Notes: a model not told the origin generated them from the letters alone. A stretch of 63,520 nucleotides of DNA, filler included, from 3 parts of 3 records of this genome joined end to end with filler, not necessarily neighbours in it; one strand, 5' to 3'; shown: positions 19,892-29,947, numbered from the whole stretch's first letter. Numbers and translations: made by a program.

Positions 19892-19927
19892 AAAAAGCCC
19901 CGACAGATTGCTCTGCCGGGGCTTTTC
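19892..19927. terminator. Bidirectional terminator between the fasciclin gene and amtB
   Basis: aaaagccccgacag-attgct-ctgccggggctttt. Confidence 0.85.
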
Positions 19928-19946
19928 GTTGGGTACTCTTATGAAC

Positions 19947-21326
19947 CTAGTTCGCGAATTCCGGATAGGCTTCGAGGCCGATTTCTGCCTTGTCGAGGCC
20001 CATCTCTTCTTCCTCGGCCGTCGGACGCACGCCGATGGTGAGTTTCAGGATGTACCAGACAATCGAAGAGGCGATCATCACGAAGACACCGGTCAGAACC
20101 ACACCAACCAACTGGCCAAGATAGCTTGGGTCACCCGCTTCATTCGGCGCGATGGCGTTCGTGTAGGAGAATGGAACGATCATCGTGCCCCAGATGCCGC
20201 AAACGAGGTGAGCCGGAATAGCGCCGACCACATCATCGATTTTCAGCTTGTCGAGCAGTGGCACGAAGATCACGACCAGGACGCCGCCCACACCACCGAT
20301 CAGGACCGAAGCCAGCATGCTTGGTGCAAGCGGTTCTGCCGTGATGGACACGAGGCCACCGATAGCACCGTTGAACACCATGGTCGCGTCGACCTTGCCC
20401 TTGTAGAGGATGGCAGTCGTGAACATCGCCGCCATCACGCCGCCCGCTGCTGCGAGGTTTGTGTTCGCAAAGATCTGCGAAACGGAGTTGATGTCTGCGG
20501 CCGTACCGGCTGCCAGTTGGGACGCACCGTTGAAGCCAAACCAACCGAACCACAGGATGAATGTACCCAGTGCGGCGAGCGGGATGTTGTTGCCCGGCAT
20601 CGGATTGACCTGCTTGCCGAAATACTTGCCGATGCGAGGCCCGATGATGATGGCACCTGCGAGCGCTGCCCAGCCACCGGTCGAGTGGACCAGCGTAGAA
20701 CCAGCGAAGTCAGAGAAGCCCCATGCGGAATCGAGGTAGCCTGCACCCCATTCCCAGGACACGACGACCGGATAGATGAAAGCAGTAAGAATTGCGGTGA
20801 AGATCAGGAAAGGCCATAGCTTCACGCGCTCTGCCACTGTACCGGATACGATGGACGCAGCTGTTGCGACAAACACCATCTGGAAGAACCAGTCGGAGGC
20901 CGGGGCATAGCCTGCGTCGCTTTCGACGCTCAGATCGCCACCATCCCAAGGTCCGGGTGTGGTGCCGAGCAGGCCGCCAATCGATTCAGCCGGATAGGCC
21001 ATGTTGTAGCCGACGACCCAGAACATGAGACCGGCAATGGAATAGAGTGCGACGTTCTTGGTGGACTGCATGGCGGCGTTCTTGGAACGCACAAGCCCTG
21101 CTTCGAGCATGCAGAAACCTGCTGCCATCAGCATCACGATGATACCGCCGATCAGAAACAGGTAGCTGTTGTCGACATAGGCGCTGGCGCTTCCCGCTAC
21201 GCCCTCTTCCAGCGCGGCAAGCCGCGCCTCGATGTCTGCATCCTGAGCGTAGGCGGCTGCCCCCGCCAATAGTGCGGCTGGCAGCAGCGCTGCTCCGCGT
21301 ATGGTATTTTTTAGTAGTTGGCCCAT
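19947..21326 (-). CDS. amtB: Ammonium transporter
   Basis: DFAGSTLVH, WFGWFGFNG and DDVVGAIPAHLVCG motifs. Confidence 0.96.
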   Translation of the reverse strand: MGQLLKNTIRGAALLPAALLAGAAAYAQDADIEARLAALEEGVAGSASAYVDNSYLFLIGGIIVMLMAAGFCMLEAGLVRSKNAAMQSTKNVALYSIAGLMFWVVGYNMAYPAESIGGLLGTTPGPWDGGDLSVESDAGYAPASDWFFQMVFVATAASIVSGTVAERVKLWPFLIFTAILTAFIYPVVVSWEWGAGYLDSAWGFSDFAGSTLVHSTGGWAALAGAIIIGPRIGKYFGKQVNPMPGNNIPLAALGTFILWFGWFGFNGASQLAAGTAADINSVSQIFANTNLAAAGGVMAAMFTTAILYKGKVDATMVFNGAIGGLVSITAEPLAPSMLASVLIGGVGGVLVVIFVPLLDKLKIDDVVGAIPAHLVCGIWGTMIVPFSYTNAIAPNEAGDPSYLGQLVGVVLTGVFVMIASSIVWYILKLTIGVRPTAEEEEMGLDKAEIGLEAYPEFAN

Positions 21327-21540
21327 CTGGCCCCTCCTTCGTCACGAGACTGCAGAGCTCGGGACCCCCCGTGCTCTCCCAGAACCGATATGATTGTGAG
21401 CTTGAGGGAATGTCGCACCACCATGGGGGCAGACCGGTTTTTCAGGTAAGGCATGGTCAAAGCATGGGCAGTGATGCGGCGAATCGCCTAAATCTCCATC
21501 ATCGCTGGACGATTGGCAGGAGGGCACTTAGCTAAAGACC

Positions 21541-22779
21541 ATGACCAAAACAGCTGCTCAGTCTGACCGCGTGTATGACCTTGCCATAGTGGGGGCCGGA
21601 CCGGTCGGCACCACACTGGCCATTCTGGCCGCGCAACGGGGCTTTTCTGTAATACTTGTTGACGCTCGGGACCCGAATGCTCCGGTACGCAAGGACACCC
21701 GGACCTTTGCCATCGTACGCGGCAGCTGGCGGCTGCTGGACGCGGCAGGTGTGACCAACGCAATGCGCGGATCAACCGAGCCTTTGAACGGACTGGAAGC
21801 GATCGACGGCGGAACCCACTGGTTCGGCGTGCCCGGAGTGCTGTTTGGCAATGACGACCTGCCGGATGATCCCGATGGCCAGCCCCTTGGACAGATGGTT
21901 CCGGCCGCTGACCTTCAGGCCGCCTTGGACGATGCCTGCGAGAAGGCGGGTGAAATAGAGTGGGTGCAGGGCAAGCTGTTCGAGTCGATGGAGATCGGTC
22001 CCGCTAGTGCCAGCCTGACTCTCTCTGATGGGCGCATAATCCACGCCCGGCTGGTTGCCGCATGTGACGGGATGAAATCATCCGTGCGAAGCGCCGTCGG
22101 GATCCAGACCGAAGGGCATGATTACAATCAGTCCGTCTTCGCCGCCAATGTGAAGCTGGACCGCCCTCATGGAGGCATTGCGCGCCAGCTGTTCACACCG
22201 GAAGGACCTTTTGCGACCCTGCCGATGCCGGACAATCGGGCGAATCTTGCCTGGTACATGAAACGCGGCGCGGCCGAAGCCATCGCGGCCATGTCTGTCG
22301 AGGACATCAATGCCGAACTGAATGCGCGCTTTGCAGATTTTGCGGGCCCCATGGAGATCGACGGACCGTATTCGGCCTATCCACTCGTCATGCAGCTGGC
22401 AACGCGCATGGTTGGCCCGCGTACAGCGCTCGTGGGCGATGCCGCGCACCGGATCAATCCGCTCGCCGGGCAGGGACTGAATCTCGGCTTCAAGGATGTC
22501 GGCGCGCTGATTGATGTTATGTGCGACGCTCGCGACGTCGGCCTTGATCCGGGATCGGATGTCAGCCTAGAGCGCTACGAAAAATGGCGCCGGTTTGATG
22601 CGACCGCAGCGGCGATGTTCATGGATGGAATCGACCGGGCCTTTGCCAATGACAGTAATCTGCTGAAGCCTCTGCGGGGCTTGGCCCTGACACTGGCGCA
22701 ACGGGTGACTCCACTCAGGCGAGCCATGGCCCGCCAGGCCAGCGCGGATCAGGATCACCTGCCAAGCCTGATGCGTTAG
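21541..22779 (+). CDS. UbiH/UbiL/COQ6-family FAD-dependent hydroxylase
   Basis: GAGPVG, ACDG and GDAAHRINPLAGQGLNLG motifs. Confidence 0.9.
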   Translation: MTKTAAQSDRVYDLAIVGAGPVGTTLAILAAQRGFSVILVDARDPNAPVRKDTRTFAIVRGSWRLLDAAGVTNAMRGSTEPLNGLEAIDGGTHWFGVPGVLFGNDDLPDDPDGQPLGQMVPAADLQAALDDACEKAGEIEWVQGKLFESMEIGPASASLTLSDGRIIHARLVAACDGMKSSVRSAVGIQTEGHDYNQSVFAANVKLDRPHGGIARQLFTPEGPFATLPMPDNRANLAWYMKRGAAEAIAAMSVEDINAELNARFADFAGPMEIDGPYSAYPLVMQLATRMVGPRTALVGDAAHRINPLAGQGLNLGFKDVGALIDVMCDARDVGLDPGSDVSLERYEKWRRFDATAAAMFMDGIDRAFANDSNLLKPLRGLALTLAQRVTPLRRAMARQASADQDHLPSLMR

Positions 22780-23081
22780 GCTGGCACGGCCAGTTCCCGC
22801 AGGAATTTCCACGTATACAGCCCGGAATCATGTCCGTCAGAGAATCGGATGCGCACGGCATAGCGCCCGACCGGTTCGGCGCCGAGCACGGAGATATCGT
22901 CCGGCACCGGCGGCTGGGGAGGGCGTGGACCGCTGCCATGACCGCGGACCTCCGCTGACGGGCTTTCCTCGCGCAGGCGTTTGTAGCCGATGACTCCGGA
23001 TACGCCGTCGTCGAATTCGATAAATAATTCCTGTGCGGATTTCCGGAAAGCCAGACGAGCAGGCCAGGATGGATCGCTCAT
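22776..23081 (-). CDS. DUF971 / gamma-butyrobetaine hydroxylase N-terminal-like protein
   Basis: [14 protein letters not shown] and [21 protein letters not shown] motifs. Confidence 0.85.
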   Translation of the reverse strand: MSDPSWPARLAFRKSAQELFIEFDDGVSGVIGYKRLREESPSAEVRGHGSGPRPPQPPVPDDISVLGAEPVGRYAVRIRFSDGHDSGLYTWKFLRELAVPA

Positions 23082-23326
23082 GCGCCGGGCTCATCGTGAG
23101 GGGCGGTTTCGTCCAGATCGCGCGCCTCATCCGCCAGCATGATCGGAATGCCATTGCGGATCGGATAGGCCAGCCGCGCCTTTGGCGAGACCAGCTCGTC
23201 GGCGGCGCGGTCATAGCTCAACGGCTGGCGGCTGACCGGGCAAATCAGGATTTCCAGCAAGCGAGGATCAACCCCGGACGGGCCCTTGCGCGGCGCGCCA
23301 ATTTCTTTCCCGGTATCTTCAGACAT
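23078..23326 (-). CDS. Trm112-family protein
   Basis: [11 protein letters not shown]...[13 protein letters not shown]. Confidence 0.9.
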   Translation of the reverse strand: MSEDTGKEIGAPRKGPSGVDPRLLEILICPVSRQPLSYDRAADELVSPKARLAYPIRNGIPIMLADEARDLDETAPHDEPGA

Positions 23327-23334
23327 GAACGCCC

Positions 23335-23985
23335 CTATTGCAGCGTGCCGCCATCCTGGCCGGACACATCCATTTCCAGAAGGGTGATGAGCGTTTCCGC
23401 GCGATCTTTCAAGGTGGGCGCCTCAACGAGCGCCTGCTTCTCCATCACGGAGAATGGACATCCCGAGCAAAGCGCATTCACCAGGGTTTCGAGCGGGGCT
23501 TCTTCCACTGCAGACCAGTCCGTCGCCATGTCGTGTGTCTCGGTATAGTCGTGCAACGCACCGACGAGACGCTTGCGGTCCGGCAAGCGCGCAGGCGGGA
23601 CATCTTTCAGGTCTTCGGCATAGGGCGTCCAATCGGGCGTCACCTGCCGATAGGGCGTCATCACCGAAAGCTCTTTGGAGACATCAAACCGCGCAATTCC
23701 CGACAGCGTGATCAGATAGCGACCATCCCCTGTTTCAGACCAGGCCGTAATACGTCCCGCGCACCCGGTTTGCGCAATATCCGGCTTGGCTCGTGTGCCC
23801 CCGATAGTCTGGACCATGCCGATCATGCGGTCGCCCTGAATAACATCATCAATCATGTTGAGGTAACGCGGTTCGAAAATGTTCAGCGGCAACTGCCAGC
23901 GCGGAAACAGGAGCGCGCCGGGCAGGGGGAAGATCGCCAGCTGTTCCGGCAGTTCGGAAATACGCGTGAAGCTCGGCTGGGTCAT
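23335..23985 (-). CDS. LON peptidase N-terminal (substrate-binding) domain protein
   Basis: [11 protein letters not shown]...[13 protein letters not shown] and EKQALVEA motifs. Confidence 0.9.
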   Translation of the reverse strand: MTQPSFTRISELPEQLAIFPLPGALLFPRWQLPLNIFEPRYLNMIDDVIQGDRMIGMVQTIGGTRAKPDIAQTGCAGRITAWSETGDGRYLITLSGIARFDVSKELSVMTPYRQVTPDWTPYAEDLKDVPPARLPDRKRLVGALHDYTETHDMATDWSAVEEAPLETLVNALCSGCPFSVMEKQALVEAPTLKDRAETLITLLEMDVSGQDGGTLQ

Positions 23986-24040
23986 CGGATTGCGTCTCTT
24001 TCTGGATCGGCCTGAAAAGAGATGTGGAGCGAATGCTCCC

Positions 24041-24931
24041 TCAGGCAAACATCAGCGATGCAAGACGACGGCGACCGCTGACGGTCGCCGGGTCTGTCGC
24101 CCCTGCCGCCTCAAACATCTGTAGCAGCTTTTCCTTGGCCTTGCCTTCGCTCCAGTCGAGCTTGTGTCCGAGAATGATCAGCAGATGATCAATCGCATCC
24201 CCGAACCGGCCAGCCGCGCCATACTTCTCTGCCAACTCGAACCGCGTGTCATGGTCATCGGGATTGGCAAGGACGGCTGAAAGCGCCGCTTCGAACTCGT
24301 CTGGTTCAGCCGCCGAATCGCCCATCATTTCAATGGCGGTGCGGACGCCTTTGACGGCGCTGTCATTCTGCTTGTCCTCGGGGATCATATCGAGCGTCGC
24401 TGTGGCGCGTTCCTTGTCGCCATTGGCGAGGTAACAGCGAGCGAGCCCGGCGATCGCTGTGACGTTTTCTGGCTCCTGCTGAATGACAGCCGCATAGATC
24501 TGCGCCGCTGTGCCAATATCGCCTGCCTGGCTAGCCGCTTCAGCCTGTTCCAATGCCTCGGCAATCATCTTGCCGGCATCGGTTCCGCTCAGCAGCTTCT
24601 CGACGAACGCATTGATCTGGCTTTCCGGCAGTGCGCCCATGAAGGCATCGACCGGGCGGCCCTTGTCGAACGCATAGACGGCCGGAATGGAACGCACGCC
24701 AAGCTGCCCGGCATAGGCCGGGTTTTCATCAATATTGATCTTGACCAGCTTGACCTGGCCATTGCGGGACTCGACCGCCTTTTCGATGATCGGCCCAAGC
24801 GTCCGGCACGGTCCGCACCACGGCGCCCAGAAATCCACGATTACGGGCTGTTGCTCGGACGCCTCCACAACATCGGCCATGAAATCCTGGTCGGTTGTAT
24901 CTTTGGTATGAAGCGAAGCCATTTCAGTCAT
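24041..24931 (-). CDS. cnoX: Thioredoxin-TPR chaperedoxin CnoX/YbbN
   Basis: DFWAPWCGPC thioredoxin domain, TPR region and the C-terminal GRRRLASLMFA. Confidence 0.88.
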   Translation of the reverse strand: MTEMASLHTKDTTDQDFMADVVEASEQQPVIVDFWAPWCGPCRTLGPIIEKAVESRNGQVKLVKINIDENPAYAGQLGVRSIPAVYAFDKGRPVDAFMGALPESQINAFVEKLLSGTDAGKMIAEALEQAEAASQAGDIGTAAQIYAAVIQQEPENVTAIAGLARCYLANGDKERATATLDMIPEDKQNDSAVKGVRTAIEMMGDSAAEPDEFEAALSAVLANPDDHDTRFELAEKYGAAGRFGDAIDHLLIILGHKLDWSEGKAKEKLLQMFEAAGATDPATVSGRRRLASLMFA

Positions 24932-24961
24932 GTGAGCGTGTTCCTTGAATATCTGCAGGGA

Positions 24962-24990
24962 ACATGGGCTGGAGACCCGCTTTTCGCAAG
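24962..24990 (-). promoter_or_regulatory. Putative RpoH (sigma32) promoter of the cnoX operon
   Basis: Minus strand CTTG-N18-CCCATGT, 30 nt before the ATG. Confidence 0.6.
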
Positions 24991-25173
24991 GCGCGGTCCT
25001 GACACCAAACGGGCTGTGCGCGTTCATCTGGCAGTCAATCTGGACATGCGATTGGGTGAAGCTGAATGCGGTGCAACGAAAAGCGACGAAAATACCTTTT
25101 TCGCGCCCTGTTTCTGCAAGCCTGTCGCGCTTAAGTGTAGGTCCATTGGTCAACGAATTGAGGAGACCGCACA

Positions 25174-25833
25174 ATGTTGAATTTCCTGGCAAGCCTTGGC
25201 GCAATCACCGCGATCGCCACGTCCCCCTTCGCAATGGGCCTGCAGATCACCGATGCCGCAGCCCCTGCTCCGCAAGTCGCTCAGCCTGCTGGCCTGACAG
25301 ACAAACAACGCGCCGACCTGCTGGAACGCGCCTCGGCCGCGCTGGCCGCTGTGGAGACCGCAAGCGGTACGTTTGAACAACTTGCGCCTGACTATACTGA
25401 ATCAACTGGACGGTTCGCCCTTTCGCGACCTGGCAAGGTGCGGTTTGAATATGACGCCCCAAGCCCGCTTCTCGTCGTAAGCGATGGAACAACTGTGGCG
25501 CTTCAGGATTCCGAACTGGAAACCACGGATCGCGTCCCCCTCGGCACGACCCCGCTCGCCCTGTTGCTGGATGACGACATCGATTTTGCCACCGAAGCCG
25601 ACGTGCTCGACGTGCAAAACAGCAATGGTCGGGTCGAAATCACACTTCGGGACAAGTCCGGTGAAATGGACGGCACGCTGACCCTGCTGTTGATGGAAAG
25701 TGATATGTCGCTGACCGGATGGCGCACGATGGATAGCGGCGGAAACCTCACCTCCGTACAACTGACGAATGTGGAATCGGGCAAACGATTGAACCCACGC
25801 CTGTTCGTAATGAAGGATTTTGACGAGAATTGA
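25174..25833 (+). CDS. lolA: Outer-membrane lipoprotein carrier LolA family
   Basis: Signal peptide, G.F.Q, RPGKVRFEY, LVVSDG and TPLALLL motifs. Confidence 0.88.
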   Translation: MLNFLASLGAITAIATSPFAMGLQITDAAAPAPQVAQPAGLTDKQRADLLERASAALAAVETASGTFEQLAPDYTESTGRFALSRPGKVRFEYDAPSPLLVVSDGTTVALQDSELETTDRVPLGTTPLALLLDDDIDFATEADVLDVQNSNGRVEITLRDKSGEMDGTLTLLLMESDMSLTGWRTMDSGGNLTSVQLTNVESGKRLNPRLFVMKDFDEN

Positions 25834-26114
25834 GGTCGAACTTGACCGCTGGCGCCGGAAAACTGGACCCCAGACGACACAGCCAAGCATATAACACAAT
25901 TTTCACTTGAATTTAATTGTGAGAGTGACATCTTTGCAACTGTGGACGACGCAGCTACCCCGCGCAGCAATTGACCCCCCGCTGCGACCAGATGCGTTGT
26001 CACCGTCGGAGCCTTCCCCTCCCGGCGAGACGTGCAAAGCAAGCGTCTGACGCGTCCGAGCTTCCCCGCGCTCGGGCGCGTTGACGTTTCTGGAAACACT
26101 GTTACGCAGCCTGA

Positions 26115-26918
26115 ATGTCAAATTCACTCAAGATCGTCAGCTGGAACATCAATTCGGTCCGCCTGCGCGCCCCCAATGTGGAAGCCTTCGTCGCCGCTGA
26201 ACAGCCGGACGTAATCTGCATGCAGGAAACCAAATGCCAGGACGGGGAATTTCCTGAAAAGGCTTTTCGGGAAATGGGTCTGCCACATCTGGTCTTGAAC
26301 GGTCAGAAAGGCGGTCATCACGGCGTGGCCATTGCTTCGCGCCTGCCGATCGAACGTATCGAGGCCCCAGATCTGTGCCGCCACGGGCATTCCCGTGTGA
26401 TCGCAGCAAAAGTGGCAGGCGTCGAAATCCACAATATCTACCTGCCGGCTGGCGGCGACGAACCGAATGCAGACACGAACGACAAGTTCGCGCACAAGCT
26501 GGATTTCCTTGAGCGGCTTGGACCTGGCTATAAGAAGCAGACCACAACACCGCGCGTTCTGGTCGGCGATCTCAATGTCGCGCCGCACGAGAATGACGTC
26601 TGGTCACACAAGCAGATGTTGAAGATCATCTCGCACACGCCGGGCGAGACAGAACGCCTGGAAGATTCGCGCAGTCAGGCGAGGTTCGCTGACATCGGCC
26701 GACTGGCCGTTGATGACCATCAGAAACTGTATTCCTGGTGGAGCTATCGCGCGAAAGACTGGGCCAAGAGCAATCGGGGCCGCAGGCTGGATCATATCTG
26801 GATGAACCCGGCTGCCCTGCCAGACACGCAGCTGGACACATACCGCGTCCATCTTGCCTGGCGCGGCGGCTGGAAACCCTCAGATCACGCCCCGATCAGC
26901 GTTGAGATGAAAGTCTAG
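26115..26918 (+). CDS. xth: Exodeoxyribonuclease III
   Basis: SWNINSVR, QETK, GDLNVA, GRRLDH and SDHAP motifs. Confidence 0.93.
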   Translation: MSNSLKIVSWNINSVRLRAPNVEAFVAAEQPDVICMQETKCQDGEFPEKAFREMGLPHLVLNGQKGGHHGVAIASRLPIERIEAPDLCRHGHSRVIAAKVAGVEIHNIYLPAGGDEPNADTNDKFAHKLDFLERLGPGYKKQTTTPRVLVGDLNVAPHENDVWSHKQMLKIISHTPGETERLEDSRSQARFADIGRLAVDDHQKLYSWWSYRAKDWAKSNRGRRLDHIWMNPAALPDTQLDTYRVHLAWRGGWKPSDHAPISVEMKV

Positions 26919-27601
26919 GGCTGAAGGCGGTATCCGCCAGCATCAGTCAGCAACAGGCGTGCGTGTGCCGGATCAGGCTCGACCTTCTGACGCAGGCGGT
27001 AGATATGGGTTTCCAGCGTATGCGTGGTGACCGTCGCATTGTAGCCCCAGACCTCTGACAGCAACTCGTCCCGTGCGACCGGCTTGCCCTGTGCGCGGTA
27101 GAGATATTTCAGGATGTTGGTTTCTTTCTCCGTCAGGCGCACCTTTCGGCCATCTTCCGTGACAAGCAGCTTCATCGCCGGGCGGAATTCGTAAGGCCCA
27201 ACCTGGAAGGTCGCGTCTTCAGACTGTTCGAAACTGCGCAGGTGCGCACGTACCCGCGCCAGCAGAACAGAGAATTTGAAGGGCTTGGTGACATAGTCAT
27301 TCGCGCCGGATTCGAGGCCGAGAATCGTATCTGCATCGCCATCCTGTCCCGTCAGCATGATGATCGGTGCACGCACGCCCTTTTGGCGCATTTGCTTGCA
27401 GGCTTCGCGGCCATCCATGTCCGGCATATCGACATCGAGCAGGATCAGGTCGATTCGTTCGGCGAGCGCGTGAGTGATGCCCTCGTTCGCATTGGCGGCC
27501 TGCAATGTGGTGAAGCCATCGTGCAAGTCGAATTGCTCGGCGAGCGCTTCGCGCAGGTCCTGGTCATCGTCAACCAGCAGGATCGTCTTGTTACCTGTCA
27601 C
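26915..27601 (-). CDS. OmpR-family response regulator (no adjacent kinase)
   Basis: LVDDD, LDVDMP, DYVTKPF and a winged helix (THTLETHIYRLRQK). GTG start. Confidence 0.93.
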   Translation of the reverse strand: MTGNKTILLVDDDQDLREALAEQFDLHDGFTTLQAANANEGITHALAERIDLILLDVDMPDMDGREACKQMRQKGVRAPIIMLTGQDGDADTILGLESGANDYVTKPFKFSVLLARVRAHLRSFEQSEDATFQVGPYEFRPAMKLLVTEDGRKVRLTEKETNILKYLYRAQGKPVARDELLSEVWGYNATVTTHTLETHIYRLRQKVEPDPAHARLLLTDAGGYRLQP

Positions 27602-27704
27602 GGGCGTCTCCTAATTTCGGTCGTCGCTGTGTATTGCGGCTGCTGTCAAATGCCATATGACTTTGCCTAACGCGCAATCACAAGTGTGGGAGCAGTCCGT
27701 GAGC

Positions 27705-28208
27705 ATGAAATTCACCGCAACGCAAACCGGCAAGTTTTCGGGGCCGGGCTTTACGGCCCGGTGCGTCCTGGGCAAAGGCGGCGTGGTGAAGGCATCGCAA
27801 AAGCGCGAGGGCGACGGGGCCTCTCCGGCTGGCACATGGCCGGTGCGGAATGTCTTCTTCAGGCCGGACCGTCTGGACCCGCCCGTCACCAGCCTCCCCC
27901 TGGTGCCGTTGAAACCTTATGATGGGTGGTGCGATGCGCCGGATCACCGCCTCTACAACCGGCCTGTATCCCTGCCATTTTCGGCAAGCCATGAAAAATT
28001 ATGGCGCGACGATCATGTCTATGATGTGATTGTCGAACTTGGCTACAATGATGATCCGGTGACGCCGGGCCTTGGCAGCGCGATCTTCATGCATCTGGCC
28101 CGGCCGAATTTCGAGCCGACCGAAGGCTGTATTGCGCTCGAGCAGAACGACTTGCTCACCTTGCTGGAACTGATGGTGCCGGGCGCCGAGATCGAAATCT
28201 CTTTCTAG
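27705..28208 (+). CDS. L,D-transpeptidase (YkuD-like) family protein
   Basis: KREGDGASPAG and GSAIFMH...TEGCIAL catalytic motif. Confidence 0.85.
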   Translation: MKFTATQTGKFSGPGFTARCVLGKGGVVKASQKREGDGASPAGTWPVRNVFFRPDRLDPPVTSLPLVPLKPYDGWCDAPDHRLYNRPVSLPFSASHEKLWRDDHVYDVIVELGYNDDPVTPGLGSAIFMHLARPNFEPTEGCIALEQNDLLTLLELMVPGAEIEISF

Positions 28209-28873
28209 GCAGAAGAGGCACGCGGGCCAAACAGGGCAGACCCAACCCGCACATGCGTCGCTCCAAAGCGCGTAGCGATGTCATAATCTGCGCTCATGCC
28301 CATGGAGAGCTGGGGGAGTTCGAGACGCTTGGCGATCTTGGCCAGCAGGGCAAAGTGGGGACCAGCCGGCTCATCAACCGGGGGGATGCACATCAGACCA
28401 GTCACATCCAGTCCTTGCTCCCGCGCCACGCGGAGTAGCGCTTCGACGTCTCTTGGGGCAACCCCGGCCTTCTGCGGCTCTTCGCCGGTATTCACCTGGA
28501 TCAGATAAGTCCGTTTCAAACCAGACTTCTGTTCGGCCTTGGCAAGTTGGCGGCAAAGCTTTGGTCGGTCGAGCGTCTCGATGACATGAAAAAGGTTTAC
28601 TGCGTCTTCGGACTTGTTCGATTGCAAAGGACCAATCAGCCGCAATTCCAGATCCGGATAATCCGCGCGGCGCGTTTCCCAATGCTGGAATGCTTCCTGT
28701 ACGCGGTTTTCTCCGAAGACGCGGTGCCCTGCCGCGAGGATCTCTTCCAGTGCCGCATCGGATTGGGTTTTCGTCACAGCCACAAGCGTGGGCGGTGTTT
28801 CAGCAATAGCAGCAAGATCGCCGAGGATCTCGGCGCGGCGCTTGGCAATTTCGGGGAAGTCCGTATCAGTCAT
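28205..28873 (-). CDS. yggS: PLP homeostasis protein YggS
   Basis: LVAVTK, FGENRVQE, IGPLQSNK, LSMGMSAD and VRVGSALFG motifs. Confidence 0.95.
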   Translation of the reverse strand: MTDTDFPEIAKRRAEILGDLAAIAETPPTLVAVTKTQSDAALEEILAAGHRVFGENRVQEAFQHWETRRADYPDLELRLIGPLQSNKSEDAVNLFHVIETLDRPKLCRQLAKAEQKSGLKRTYLIQVNTGEEPQKAGVAPRDVEALLRVAREQGLDVTGLMCIPPVDEPAGPHFALLAKIAKRLELPQLSMGMSADYDIATRFGATHVRVGSALFGPRASSA

Positions 28874-28877
28874 CTTG

Positions 28878-29501
28878 ATGGCGCAGAAACCCCAAGACGA
28901 GCCGAGACGCAAGCTGATCTCTGCGGCGAGACGCTCGCGGCGGCATTTGCCATCCTGGTTGCCACCCGCCCTTTTCCTGACCGATCCGCAACGGACACCG
29001 GACCCGGTTTCAGTTGCAGAAAACCTTCCCGCAGGCTGGGGCATTCTTTACCGTCACTTCGGGGCACGGCACAGTGTATGGCAGGCGCGCCAACTTGCAG
29101 ACATCGCAAACAAGCGCGGACTTGCCTTGCTGGTTTCGGCCGATCCGGACCTGGCAATCGAAGTTGGCGCAGCGGGCGTGCATTGGCCGTATGCCCGGCG
29201 ACACGAGGCCCGCAAATGGCGCGACCGGTTCGATCTGATGAGCATAAGCGCTCATGGCCGCGCCGAATTGCAAAAGATTGATGCACGCGTGTTCGATGCG
29301 GCACTGGTGTCTACAGTGTTCCCATCCAATAGTCCCTCAGCCGCGGCCCCCATGGGGCCACACACGTTACGCTGCCTGTCGCGGCAAAGTGCGTTACCAA
29401 TCTACGGGTTGGGCGGAATCAATTCGCGCAATGCCGCCAGCATAAGCGATGCAGCAGGCCTGGCAGCGATTGAAGGAATAAGGGACCCGTTCAGATCCTA
29501 G
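28878..29501 (+). CDS. Thiamine-phosphate synthase (ThiE/TenI)-like protein
   Basis: GAAGVHWP, SAH, STVFPSNS and IYGLGGI motifs. Confidence 0.8.
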   Translation: MAQKPQDEPRRKLISAARRSRRHLPSWLPPALFLTDPQRTPDPVSVAENLPAGWGILYRHFGARHSVWQARQLADIANKRGLALLVSADPDLAIEVGAAGVHWPYARRHEARKWRDRFDLMSISAHGRAELQKIDARVFDAALVSTVFPSNSPSAAAPMGPHTLRCLSRQSALPIYGLGGINSRNAASISDAAGLAAIEGIRDPFRS

Positions 29502-29947
29502 AATTTGAAGGCAGACTTCAGCCGGATACCCGCTTCGACTTCGCGAGACTCCCATGTGGACGTGTCATTCAACTCGTCCGTGCCAACACTGACTTCACCG
29601 CCAACCGAGAATCGCGGGGTAATTTTGAAGGTCGCACCCGCCTGCATTTCCTCACGCGGTAGCGGAGAAAGGTCCGTACGGGAGACCTTGTCGAGGTTCA
29701 GTTGCCAACGGGCATTGCCGCCAAACTGCATTGAGAATTCGCGGTCAGGCTGGGCCTGCCAGACAGATTCGGTGCTAGCGGGTTTGGCCTGAGCGAACTG
29801 ACGATACCATTCGGACTGCGCGGCCGAGGTTTCAGATATACTGGGCGTTGCCATTTCCATGGCGGGTGCAGACACGTCATCTTGCGCCGCGGCTGGCAAA
29901 GCCAGCGCGGTTAGCGCGATCACGAAAGTTGCAAAGCCCAGCTTCAT
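29498..29947 (-). CDS. Secreted protein, Caulobacterales NtrZ-like family (tentative)
   Basis: Signal peptide, AGATFKITPRFSVGGEV and a terminal beta-strand ending in FKF. Family call is from memory. Confidence 0.55.
   Translation of the reverse strand: MKLGFATFVIALTALALPAAAQDDVSAPAMEMATPSISETSAAQSEWYRQFAQAKPASTESVWQAQPDREFSMQFGGNARWQLNLDKVSRTDLSPLPREEMQAGATFKITPRFSVGGEVSVGTDELNDTSTWESREVEAGIRLKSAFKF

Noticed and set aside
21327-21540. Sigma54/NtrC sites upstream of amtB
   Set aside because: Only partial matches (TGGTGCGACATTCC, TGCCCATGCTTTGACCA); the -12 GC is missing.
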